Positions 1-7,791 of a DNA stretch of 16,152 nt are shown piece by piece. A program made the translations under genes and the position numbers. The DNA comes from Candidatus Micrarchaeota archaeon (lineage in GTDB: Archaea > Micrarchaeota > Micrarchaeia > Norongarragalinales > UBA8480). The stretch spans positions 1-16,152 of the forward strand of contig JAZDHP010000047.1 in NCBI GenBank assembly GCA_043805855.1, written 5' to 3'. Each line of letters opens with the position of its first letter. Position 1 is the first letter of the stretch. The notes below the pieces were generated by a model. The model did no database searches and had not been told where the DNA came from. It saw only the letters and a program-made list of their open reading frames with translations.

Positions 1-597
1 CTAATTGGACTATTTGTAATGACTGCAATGTTCGCATTCGCAAGCCAAATTGGCAGAACTCGTTTAATGCCCGGCGCCGACCACGAACAAATGAAAATGC
101 TAGTCGACAACCACGACAAGAAAAAAGCACCCTTCATAGAAGCAACAGGAGCACGAGCAGGAGCACTACTTGGGGATTGTAGGCACGATCCACTTCAATC
201 AATTCTGGGGAAGGAGAAGCTTTATTTAGCCAAACAAAGGGCTAAAGCGACTGGAAAAGGCGAATTGACCGCTAAAGCTACTTTAATTTCATTTGAAAAG
301 CTTTGGAAACGCTTATTTAAAAAGTACCCCAATCTTGTCGAACAACACCCAAACAATTATGAAGCAATTGTTTTGCCAAGGAAAGAAAAAGTTTACACAC
401 TTGGCTACAAGAACGGCAAAACAATACTAAGCAGAATTTATTCACTTAACCGGTATTTTGCTGAAAAAGAAGTTGTTGAATTAGAAGTGCCGACAACCAC
501 TGTAACGCTAACGAGCGACCACAAAATTATAACCACAAAGGGAAGCAAAACCGCGAAACGCGCACGAGTTGGACAAGAGCTAATAACTTTAAGCTAA
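1..597 (+). CDS. lonB: Archaeal Lon protease (LonB), N-terminal part (5'-truncated by window) fused to N-terminal split-intein half
   Basis: Frame is open from base 1 (LIGLFVMTAMFAF, end of the LonB membrane segment). It contains the LonB motif APFIEATGARAGALLGDCRHDPLQ, then switches to intein-like sequence and stops at TAA 595-597. Confidence 0.93.
   Translation, partial: LIGLFVMTAMFAFASQIGRTRLMPGADHEQMKMLVDNHDKKKAPFIEATGARAGALLGDCRHDPLQSILGKEKLYLAKQRAKATGKGELTAKATLISFEKLWKRLFKKYPNLVEQHPNNYEAIVLPRKEKVYTLGYKNGKTILSRIYSLNRYFAEKEVVELEVPTTTVTLTSDHKIITTKGSKTAKRARVGQELITLS
199..594 (+). mobile_element. Split intein, N-terminal half (IntN, 132 aa)
   Basis: Begins with Ser (SILGKEKLYL, block A) right after extein DPLQ. 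Block B TxxH motif TLTSDHKII is present, followed by AKRARVGQELITL, the usual end of the N-splicing domain. Confidence 0.88.
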
Positions 598-598
598 G

Positions 599-818
599 TT
601 CATTTTCCATTTCAGTTTATCAACTCCCTACTTTTGCCCAGTCTTGGCTCGACTTGGTTAATTCGCAAGATCGCTTTTAATGTTTTCCCCACCTAACGGC
701 AGGTCGGCGCAAAGTGCGCCTAAAACAATAAAAGCTCCTTGCTCAGCCAAAAGGCACAGTTCGTTCGAGCCAAAGAACTGGGCTCGAGCGGAGTCGATAA
801 ACTATGGAAAACAATGAA
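599..818 (+). promoter_or_regulatory. Long imperfect inverted repeat (599-652 vs 765-818) able to sequester the endonuclease SD and start codon
   Basis: TTTTCCAT 603-610 pairs with ATGGAAAA 804-811. AGTTTATCAACTCC 614-627 pairs with GGAGTCGATAAACT 790-803 (13/14). GCCCAGTCTTGGCTCGA 636-652 pairs with TCGAGCCAAAGAACTGGGC 765-783 (2 bulged nt). Confidence 0.75.
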
Positions 819-1925
819 AATAAATCACCGGCAGAAATTTCACCGGCAACGACGTGTGTTGAGAAAAGCATAAGCGATCCAAAAGCCAATCCTTCAAATA
901 TGTTAATTCTAACGGCTGAAGATATTTTGAAAACTTATCCAGAATACGAAGCAGAATCAGCAAGAAAGTATTATGAATTTCTAAAATTAAAAGAAGCAAA
1001 TCCAACTTTTGGCTACAAAAAGCTAGCAAAAATGCTCGCATTGCCAATCTCCGCTACTCGCGGCTGGAAGCAATGGAATTGCAAACCAAATCCAATTAAA
1101 GCAATTGAAAAATTAACTCAAATTGGATTACTGCCTCTACATTCGGATAACCAAAAACTACCAGCTATTCTTCGGCTACTGGGCGCTGGATTTACAGATG
1201 GCGGAATTGACTGGAACTTAAATACGTTTCACTTTAACTCAGCTAGAATGGAAAATATTGAAGCATGGAAAAAAGATTTTCTAGAAGTTTTTCCGTACGG
1301 TGAAGAAACCTTGAGCGCCATTATAACTGGATACAACCAAAGCTCAAATGGAATAAGAACAACAGATCGATCAATTGTTCGTTTCTTTGCTGCTCTAGGC
1401 TGTCCAGTTGGAAACAAAACAATGATCAGCTACATATTACCAAAATGTGCGTCACAACTTTCAATAGAACTTAAAATAGCTTTTTTAGATGGATTTTTCA
1501 GCTGCGAAGTAGCAATGCCACAATATCCCATTTGGAGACAAACTAGAAATTTCGTAAACTTTTCGCTCAGTATGAGCAAAATAGAAGAAAAAGAAACTGA
1601 ACATTTAGAGTTCTTAAAAACATTCTGCGAGTTATGCAAGAGCATAGGCATTGAACACACTTCAATAAATCGAGTCCCGCAGAAGAAAATTCACAAGGAT
1701 GGAACACAGCGCAGAAAAGACGGGAAAACATGCGATTCATATAGGATTTTGTTCAGCAACACGTCAGAAAACGTTATGCGCACATACAAGCTAATTCCGC
1801 TAACCTATGCAATTGAAAAGAAACAAAAGTTCAACGAAGCAATAAAAACATACGAGCAACGTCACAGAATACCAATAAACACACCTAGAGAAGAACTTCC
1901 AGAATTGCTCAAACTCTCAAAATAG
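804..1925 (+). CDS. Free-standing intein-type (DOD) LAGLIDADG homing endonuclease with N-terminal HTH
   Basis: HTH-like FGYKKLAKMLALPISATRGW, motif 1 LRLLGAGFTDGGI, intein-endonuclease-like FFAALGCPVGNK, and motif 2 AFLDGFFSCEV. Own ATG with GGAG at 790-793. Confidence 0.85.
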   Translation: MENNENKSPAEISPATTCVEKSISDPKANPSNMLILTAEDILKTYPEYEAESARKYYEFLKLKEANPTFGYKKLAKMLALPISATRGWKQWNCKPNPIKAIEKLTQIGLLPLHSDNQKLPAILRLLGAGFTDGGIDWNLNTFHFNSARMENIEAWKKDFLEVFPYGEETLSAIITGYNQSSNGIRTTDRSIVRFFAALGCPVGNKTMISYILPKCASQLSIELKIAFLDGFFSCEVAMPQYPIWRQTRNFVNFSLSMSKIEEKETEHLEFLKTFCELCKSIGIEHTSINRVPQKKIHKDGTQRRKDGKTCDSYRILFSNTSENVMRTYKLIPLTYAIEKKQKFNEAIKTYEQRHRIPINTPREELPELLKLSK

Positions 1926-1965
1926 TGATTGTTCTTTTAAAAGAATGATCGTTCTTTTAAAAAAA
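1926..1965. repeat. Tandem 20-bp repeat with palindromic core
   Basis: TGATTGTTCTTTTAAAAGAA / TGATCGTTCTTTTAAAAAAA (18/20). The first unit contains the perfect 14-bp palindrome TTCTTTTAAAAGAA (1932-1945). Confidence 0.75.
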
Positions 1966-1982
1966 CAAGGCGTAAACGGCAC

Positions 1983-1991
1983 TTTTTAAAA
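1983..1991 (+). promoter_or_regulatory. Putative TATA box for a leaderless transcript of the Lon C-terminal ORF
   Basis: TTTTTAAAA ends 25 nt upstream of ATG 2016, typical archaeal leaderless spacing. No SD is evident. Confidence 0.5.
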
Positions 1992-2015
1992 CTTCTAACG
2001 CTACAGTTAGTTCAT

Positions 2016-2135
2016 ATGCCGAAAATAACCCGCGAGAAAATCGTGAAGAAGAGAGTATCGAAGAAAAAAGCTTGGTTCTACAATGCAACCACTGCTACAG
2101 GTAACTATTTCGCTAACAAAGTTCTAGTTCACAAC
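2016..2135 (+). mobile_element. Split intein, C-terminal half (IntC, 40 aa)
   Basis: Block [16 protein letters not shown] and block G VLVHN, followed by the +1 Ser nucleophile (TCA 2136-2138). Confidence 0.9.
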
Positions 2136-3380
2136 TCAGGAGGCCTCGGCACACCCGCTCACTTGCGTATTGAAGCTGGCGCAATTCACCGCGCGCACAA
2201 AGGTGTGTTGTTCATTGACGAAATTGCAACGCTAAAGCCACGCGCACAACAAGAACTGCTCACCGCAATGCAGGAGAAGAAATATTCCATAACCGGCCAG
2301 AGTGAAATGAGCTCCGGAGCACTTACAAAAACACAACCTGCGCCGTGCGACTTTGTATTAATAGCTGCAGGCAATTATATGGACGTTAAGCACATGCACC
2401 CAGCGCTGCGCTCTCGTATACGCGGTTACGGTTATGAAATTTACATGGACGAATCAGTACCAGACACGCTTGAAAACCGCACAAAACTAGCGCAGTTCGT
2501 TAGCCAAGAAATTAAAAAAGATGAAAAAATCCCAGCGTTCTCGCGCGAAGCTGTGCTGGAAATTATAAACGAAGCACGCAAGCGCTCAGGGAGAAAAGGT
2601 AAACTTACGCTTAAACTCCGTGAACTCGGCGGACTCATAAGGGCAGCTGGAGATATTGCCAAGCAGGAAAACGCAACGCTTGTAACGCTCGTTCACTTGG
2701 AAGCAGCTAAGAAACTCGCGCAAACGCTAGAGCAGCAAATGGCAACGCAAATTCTCGAACAGCGTAAAGATTACAAGGTATTTTCAACAACCGGTGCCGA
2801 AGTTGGCAAAGTAAACGGTCTCGCAGTAATGGGCGACAGTGGAATTGTTTTACCAATAGTTGCCGAAATCGCGCCGTCGTCAAGCAAAGAAGAAGGCCGC
2901 ATTATAGCAACTGGTAAACTTGGGAGCATTGCGAAGGAAGCGGTTGAAAACGTCTCTGCAATTATCAAGAAACACACTGGCAAAGACATTTCAACTTACG
3001 ACATCCACGTTCAGTTTCTACAGACGTATGAAGGCGTAGAGGGAGACAGTGCGTCGATTAGCGTCGCAACTGCGGTTATCTCCGCGTTAGAGGAAGCGCC
3101 CATTCAGCAAAACATTGCAATGACCGGCTCCATTTCAGTGCGCGGTGAAGTTTTACCAATTGGCGGCGTAACGCAAAAGGCAGAAGCTGCAATAAGCGCC
3201 GGACTGAAAAAGATTATCATTCCAAGGTCTAACTACGATGATCTCGCGTTGACTAGCGCACAGAAGAAGCAAATTGAAATAATTCCAGTTTCAAACCTCG
3301 TTGAAGTACTACAAAGCGCATTGGCACCGTCCAGTAAGAAAAAGCAACTGTTGGAAAAAATCACGAAGGAACTAAAGTGA
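2016..3380 (+). CDS. lonB: C-terminal split-intein half fused to LonB C-terminal part (AAA+ remainder and protease domain)
   Basis: After VLVHN the sequence resumes Lon[24 protein letters not shown], Walker B VLFIDEI, sensor IAAGN, Arg finger [11 protein letters not shown], catalytic Ser in VEGDSAS and Lys in [10 protein letters not shown]. Confidence 0.95.
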   Translation: MPKITREKIVKKRVSKKKAWFYNATTATGNYFANKVLVHNSGGLGTPAHLRIEAGAIHRAHKGVLFIDEIATLKPRAQQELLTAMQEKKYSITGQSEMSSGALTKTQPAPCDFVLIAAGNYMDVKHMHPALRSRIRGYGYEIYMDESVPDTLENRTKLAQFVSQEIKKDEKIPAFSREAVLEIINEARKRSGRKGKLTLKLRELGGLIRAAGDIAKQENATLVTLVHLEAAKKLAQTLEQQMATQILEQRKDYKVFSTTGAEVGKVNGLAVMGDSGIVLPIVAEIAPSSSKEEGRIIATGKLGSIAKEAVENVSAIIKKHTGKDISTYDIHVQFLQTYEGVEGDSASISVATAVISALEEAPIQQNIAMTGSISVRGEVLPIGGVTQKAEAAISAGLKKIIIPRSNYDDLALTSAQKKQIEIIPVSNLVEVLQSALAPSSKKKQLLEKITKELK

Positions 3381-3425
3381 ACTGTTTTAAAGAGACGACA
3401 AACTTAACTTTATTGGTGATAGACT

Positions 3426-3860
3426 GTGGAAGTAAAAATTTTACACGAATTAAATGGAGTTACAGCCTTAGCTGGCGTTGATTTTGAAACACACAACACG
3501 CACGAATTTAGAAGAGGCAAAAGTAACCTTTCAGTTTCGCATTTAGTGCGCGGAGCTTTCGCAAGCGATAGAAAAATAGATGACATAGCAAGTGAACTAC
3601 ACGCGGAATTAAAGAAAAATCCAAAGCTAGAAGTCGGTTTCGTGCGAGGAGACATGCACGGCATGCCCATGTTTTTCTTAAATAGAACTGGAGATCAGAA
3701 GAAAAATTGGCAAGTGAAATTCCACAAAACCGGCGGCGTCGAAACCATGCACGGCACACACATGTATGTTGAAATCTTGCGCAGATTTAAAACACCTCCA
3801 GCACAAGCACTAGCGTTAAAAGCTAGAGTTGCAAAATTTGAAAGGGAATTACATCAATAA
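3426..3860 (+). CDS. Hypothetical protein
   Basis: 144-aa ORF with GTG start and SD-like GGTGAT at 3415-3420. Fills the gap after lonB. No recognisable motif. Confidence 0.7.
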   Translation: MEVKILHELNGVTALAGVDFETHNTHEFRRGKSNLSVSHLVRGAFASDRKIDDIASELHAELKKNPKLEVGFVRGDMHGMPMFFLNRTGDQKKNWQVKFHKTGGVETMHGTHMYVEILRRFKTPPAQALALKARVAKFERELHQ

Positions 3861-3874
3861 AAAAAATTAAGTTA

Positions 3875-4225
3875 ATGGGAATTAATGTGGAACACTTAAA
3901 AACAATTGCGCGGGTTGTTCACGAGAACTTTGGCGGCGTTACTGGCGTTGGCGTTGTAAATAAAACTAATAGACTAACAGGAACGCCGAAAACATTACTT
4001 GTTTTACACACGGAAGTACCAGGAGGACCGCAGCACGTAATTAACACGCACATAGGCCAGCTTTTAGAACCCTATGGATTTCAAGTGAAACTATGGCCTG
4101 AAATAACCGCTGAACGAATGAGAATAGTCGTAGCAAAAGGTAGGCACGCAATAACAATAACAAGTCAACCTACGAGCAAAAGTAGAGCTGGCGCAATAAT
4201 GATCCACCAAATAGGCATGAGCTAA
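3875..4225 (+). CDS. Hypothetical protein (possibly C-terminally truncated, frame continues to 4282)
   Basis: 116-aa ORF co-oriented with neighbours. No known motif. Confidence 0.65.
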   Translation: MGINVEHLKTIARVVHENFGGVTGVGVVNKTNRLTGTPKTLLVLHTEVPGGPQHVINTHIGQLLEPYGFQVKLWPEITAERMRIVVAKGRHAITITSQPTSKSRAGAIMIHQIGMS

Positions 4226-4348
4226 GAAGATGCGAAAAAAGCCGCAATTGCAATGATGCAAGCAGTTAGAAAACCAACTTAGCTCATTCAGTTCGTTACA
4301 GTTAAACAAGTGCCTTTTTTATTCACTAATAACTTATTCACTATAACT

Positions 4349-5716
4349 ATGGAAATAGAACGCATATTTGCTAAAATCGCCAGCGAGGTTTCGCCTTCGC
4401 CGGTAGAACTTGCTGTTGAGAAGAAGTTCGCAGCGAAGGTAATTGCAAATCTGGAGAAATTCTTGCCAAAAAACGCTAAGGTCACTTTTGTTGGAAGCGC
4501 TGCGCGGGATACTGGACTACGCGGCGATCGAGACATTGACCTCTTTGTGGCGTTTCCCCGCGAGATGGACGAAGATAAAATAGTTAAGCTTACTTTCAAC
4601 GCGGCGAAAAAGGCAGTTAAAACAAAATGGGTGACACACTACGCGGAGCACCCTTATTTGCAAACCATCGCTGGAGATTTCCAGGTTGAAGTTATTCCTT
4701 GTTTTCAAGTTGAGCCGCACACTGGGATAAAAAGCGCAGTTGACCGTTCGCCATTGCACATGGAATATTTACAAAAGAAATTAACACAACGTCAGCGTCG
4801 CGATGTGCGCGTGATGAAAAAGTTGTTGAAAGTAAACGGAGTTTACGGCGCTGAAGTTACAATCGGCGGCTTCTCTGGTTTAGTTTGTGAACAGTTGATG
4901 CTGAAATATGGCGACCTTGAAAGTTTATTGCGCGAAGCTACAGAATGGCGCCCTCCGGTTATTGTCGACTATGAAGGTTCGTGGAATAGTGAAACAAAGC
5001 AAGGCAAAACTGCTTTGCTGCAAAAGTTCAAAGACACGGGTTTAATTTTAATTGACGTTATTGACAAGAATAGAAACGCAGCTGCGGCAATTACAAACGA
5101 GAGCCTCGCGAAGTTTATCCTACTTAGCCGTGCGTTTGTCAAGAAACCAAGTTTGGAATTTTTCAAAGAGAAGAAAGTGAAAATTAATGTTTCAAAGATA
5201 AACGCCATGTTGAAGAAACGCGGCACGGTTTTCATAACTATTGAAGTGAAGAAACCAGATTTTGTTGACGATATTATATTCCCGCAGTTTAAGCGCAGCG
5301 AGAAGAACATCGCTCGTGAATTGCAACGCGTTGGGTTCAACGTGATTGGCAGTTGTGACCTTTATGAAAAAGGGCAACTGTTGTTCGAAGTGCAAAACAA
5401 TATGCTACCGGCAGTTAAGCAAATTATTGGCCCACTAGCATGGGATACTGCAAACGTTGCGAAATTCTTAAAGGGCAAAAAGCCACTGCGTGGGCCGTAC
5501 ATTGAAAATGGAAAAATGTGCGTCGACATGAAGCAAAGCAAGCGCGGCGTAATTGAAATGATTAAAGTAATTTTACACCGCAGTGAAACTGGAATAGCTT
5601 CACACTATCAAACTGCTATGAAAAAAGCAAAAGTGCAAATTGTGAAAAAGGTTGACAAGCAAAACGCAACGATATTGCATAACTATCTATTCGCAGAAAT
5701 TGGTTTAAAACTTTAG
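4349..5716 (+). CDS. cca: Archaeal (class I) CCA-adding tRNA nucleotidyltransferase
   Basis: Nucleotidyltransferase motif VGSAARDTGLRGDRDIDLF, plus YAEHPY, SAVDRSPLH and VYGAE...GGFSGLVCE. ATG 4349 is preferred over GTG 4310. Confidence 0.95.
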   Translation: MEIERIFAKIASEVSPSPVELAVEKKFAAKVIANLEKFLPKNAKVTFVGSAARDTGLRGDRDIDLFVAFPREMDEDKIVKLTFNAAKKAVKTKWVTHYAEHPYLQTIAGDFQVEVIPCFQVEPHTGIKSAVDRSPLHMEYLQKKLTQRQRRDVRVMKKLLKVNGVYGAEVTIGGFSGLVCEQLMLKYGDLESLLREATEWRPPVIVDYEGSWNSETKQGKTALLQKFKDTGLILIDVIDKNRNAAAAITNESLAKFILLSRAFVKKPSLEFFKEKKVKINVSKINAMLKKRGTVFITIEVKKPDFVDDIIFPQFKRSEKNIARELQRVGFNVIGSCDLYEKGQLLFEVQNNMLPAVKQIIGPLAWDTANVAKFLKGKKPLRGPYIENGKMCVDMKQSKRGVIEMIKVILHRSETGIASHYQTAMKKAKVQIVKKVDKQNATILHNYLFAEIGLKL

Positions 5717-5744
5717 ATTTCAAAATAATAGACGGCGGTTAATT

Positions 5745-6050
5745 ATGGAAAGGAGAATTGAAGAAACAACAATTGAATCACTTGCTAGAGCTAATGAAGC
5801 GGCGGAACAACTCTCGCGCAGATTAAGGCGACCTGCAAATAACATGGGCAGAACCAACATTTCTCTAAGTGAAAGGCAAGTAACCCTTTGCGGTAAACGT
5901 TTAACTGCCGACCAAAAAAGAACAATGCTCGAACAAGTGGCACACGTAGCCGAATTACATAATTTAATGGCAACTATAGTGCACCATAATTCAACTAAAA
6001 TTACCGCTATATTTGCACCAAAAAGAAAAACCGCTCGAGGAGACGCTTAA
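5745..6050 (+). CDS. Small basic hypothetical protein
   Basis: 101-aa ORF with SD-like GGCGGT upstream. Its C-terminal helix-strand-strand pattern resembles ORFs at 6077 and 7792. Confidence 0.65.
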   Translation: MERRIEETTIESLARANEAAEQLSRRLRRPANNMGRTNISLSERQVTLCGKRLTADQKRTMLEQVAHVAELHNLMATIVHHNSTKITAIFAPKRKTARGDA

Positions 6051-6076
6051 AAATAGATTAATTCCAGTTAATAACT

Positions 6077-6334
6077 ATGGCCGAAATTGCAGCTAGCGAA
6101 TTGGCAGATTACCTTAAAAGAAATGCACGAAAGCTGAGAGGAACTGCAGTTCTTCCAATGGATGAACAAGTAATGCTACACGCTAGGCGGAAACCAGTTC
6201 CCAAAGTTCATAAAGAATTTGCAATTGCAGAGGCGGAGTTAATCGCAACTAGGAGAGATTTAGGATTTGTGCAGCACGACCACACAAACGGCGCGTTCAG
6301 TATTACGTTTACACGAAAAGGAGGAAGAGCATAA
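6077..6334 (+). CDS. Small basic hypothetical protein (paralog of 7792-8052)
   Basis: 85-aa ORF ending 3 nt before proS. EAELIATRRDL...GAFSITF resembles EAKQIAGERGL...GAHEIHF. Confidence 0.7.
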   Translation: MAEIAASELADYLKRNARKLRGTAVLPMDEQVMLHARRKPVPKVHKEFAIAEAELIATRRDLGFVQHDHTNGAFSITFTRKGGRA

Positions 6335-6337
6335 AAC

Positions 6338-7789
6338 ATGTTAATGAGTTCACGCGAATTTAACGAAGATAAGGAAAAGGACTTTTCAAAATGGTACAAC
6401 ACCATAATCTACGCGGCTGACTTGGCTGACATTCGGTACAACGTACAAGGTTTTGTAGTGCACAAGCCGTGGTCAATGCGCGTTTTCAAGAAACTATACA
6501 AGTTATTTGAAACTGAATTGGAAAAAGACAACCACGAGCCAGTGCTATTCCCGACAGTTATTCCAGAAGAGAATTTCAATATTGAAAAAGAACACGCTGC
6601 AGGTTTCACGCCAGAAGTTTACTGGATTACAAAACAAGGAGATAAAGAGATGCCGCGCAAGCTAGCGCTGCGTCCTACAAGTGAAACTGCGTTTTACCAA
6701 ATGTACAACTTATGGATAAAAAGCTATACGGATCTACCGATGAAGCTATACCAGTCGTGCACAGTGTTTCGCAACGAGAGCGAGACAAACCCATTTATGC
6801 GCGGGCGGGAGTTCATGTGGATTGAATCGCACGACGTGTTTGCAAATGAAAAAGACGCACGGCATCAAGTTGCAGTTGATGAAAAGACAATTGAAACGTG
6901 CAGCAAAGCAATGGCAATGCCTTTTTACTTCTTCAAGCGGCCGCAGTGGGATAAGTTTGCCGGCGCAGTTGAAACCTACGCTGCTGACACTTTACTACCT
7001 GATGGAAAAGCGCTGCAATTTGCAACAACTCACTATCTTGGAATTAATTTCGCTAAGGCGTTTAACGTGAAGTACAGCGACGAGAGCGGAAAAGAGCACT
7101 TGCCGCACACAACGTGTTTTGGTCCTGGAATTTGGAGAATGATGGCTGCAATTATTTCAGTTCACGGCGACGCAAAGGGTTTGATATTTCCATTTGCAAT
7201 TGCACCGTTGCAAGTGATAATTGTACCAATTCAAAAAACTGGCGAAGAGAAGCATATTGAAGATTATTGCAATGAAGTGAAAGAACAACTTGAAGCTAGC
7301 GGAATTGAATGTCGCGTTGACAACAGTAGCAAAACTCCCGGTTACAAGTACAACTATTGGGAGTTGAAAGGAGTACCGCTGCGAATTGAAGTTGGCGGCC
7401 GCGAGGCAAAAGAGAAAAACGCAACTGTTTGCCGGCGCGACAATAGAGAGAAAATCACTTGCAAGTTGACTGAAGTCGCAGTAAAGGTTAGGGAAATCGG
7501 CGCAAAACTAGACGTAGATTTACTTAAGAAAGCACAGGATAATTTCAAAGCTAGAGTGAAAAGCGCAAAAACAAAAGAAGACGTGTTGAAAGTTATCGAA
7601 GAGAAGTGCTACGCGAAGACGTTCATCTGTTCAACTGAAAAAGAGGGATTAGAATGTGCACAGGAGTTACAATCATTTACCAAAGGCGGCAAAGTACGCG
7701 GTGAACTCGTAGGTGAAAAGCCAGCGAAGGGTAAGTGTTGCGTTTGCGGCAAAACAGGAGTACAAGTTTACGTAGCGAGGCAGTACTAA
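6338..7789 (+). CDS. proS: Prolyl-tRNA synthetase, archaeal/eukaryotic type
   Basis: FSKWY, LALRPTSETAF, motif 2 FRNE...PFMRGREFMWIE, HGDAKGL, WELKGVPLRIEVG, C-terminal Cys cluster and terminal ARQY. Confidence 0.97.
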   Translation: MLMSSREFNEDKEKDFSKWYNTIIYAADLADIRYNVQGFVVHKPWSMRVFKKLYKLFETELEKDNHEPVLFPTVIPEENFNIEKEHAAGFTPEVYWITKQGDKEMPRKLALRPTSETAFYQMYNLWIKSYTDLPMKLYQSCTVFRNESETNPFMRGREFMWIESHDVFANEKDARHQVAVDEKTIETCSKAMAMPFYFFKRPQWDKFAGAVETYAADTLLPDGKALQFATTHYLGINFAKAFNVKYSDESGKEHLPHTTCFGPGIWRMMAAIISVHGDAKGLIFPFAIAPLQVIIVPIQKTGEEKHIEDYCNEVKEQLEASGIECRVDNSSKTPGYKYNYWELKGVPLRIEVGGREAKEKNATVCRRDNREKITCKLTEVAVKVREIGAKLDVDLLKKAQDNFKARVKSAKTKEDVLKVIEEKCYAKTFICSTEKEGLECAQELQSFTKGGKVRGELVGEKPAKGKCCVCGKTGVQVYVARQY

Positions 7790-7791
7790 TT

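Noticed and set aside
1926..1965. CRISPR array
   Set aside because: Only two adjacent units, no spacers, and no cas genes.
598..2015. Group I/II intron restoring a continuous lon reading frame
   Set aside because: No recognisable catalytic core or domain V. The spacers are short and explained by other structures, and the C-half has its own ATG and TATA-like box.
595..2016. Frameshift artefact, stop readthrough or ribosomal bypass joining the Lon halves
   Set aside because: Several independent stops and a frame change are present. Readthrough of TAA 595 ends at TAA 694, and a 1.4-kb bypass has no precedent I know of.
4223..4225. TAA reassigned to a sense codon
   Set aside because: Conserved genes such as proS (ARQY-TAA) end correctly at TAA.
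4319..4347. Tandem TTATTCACTA repeat before cca
   Set aside because: A short AT-rich duplication with no further support for function.
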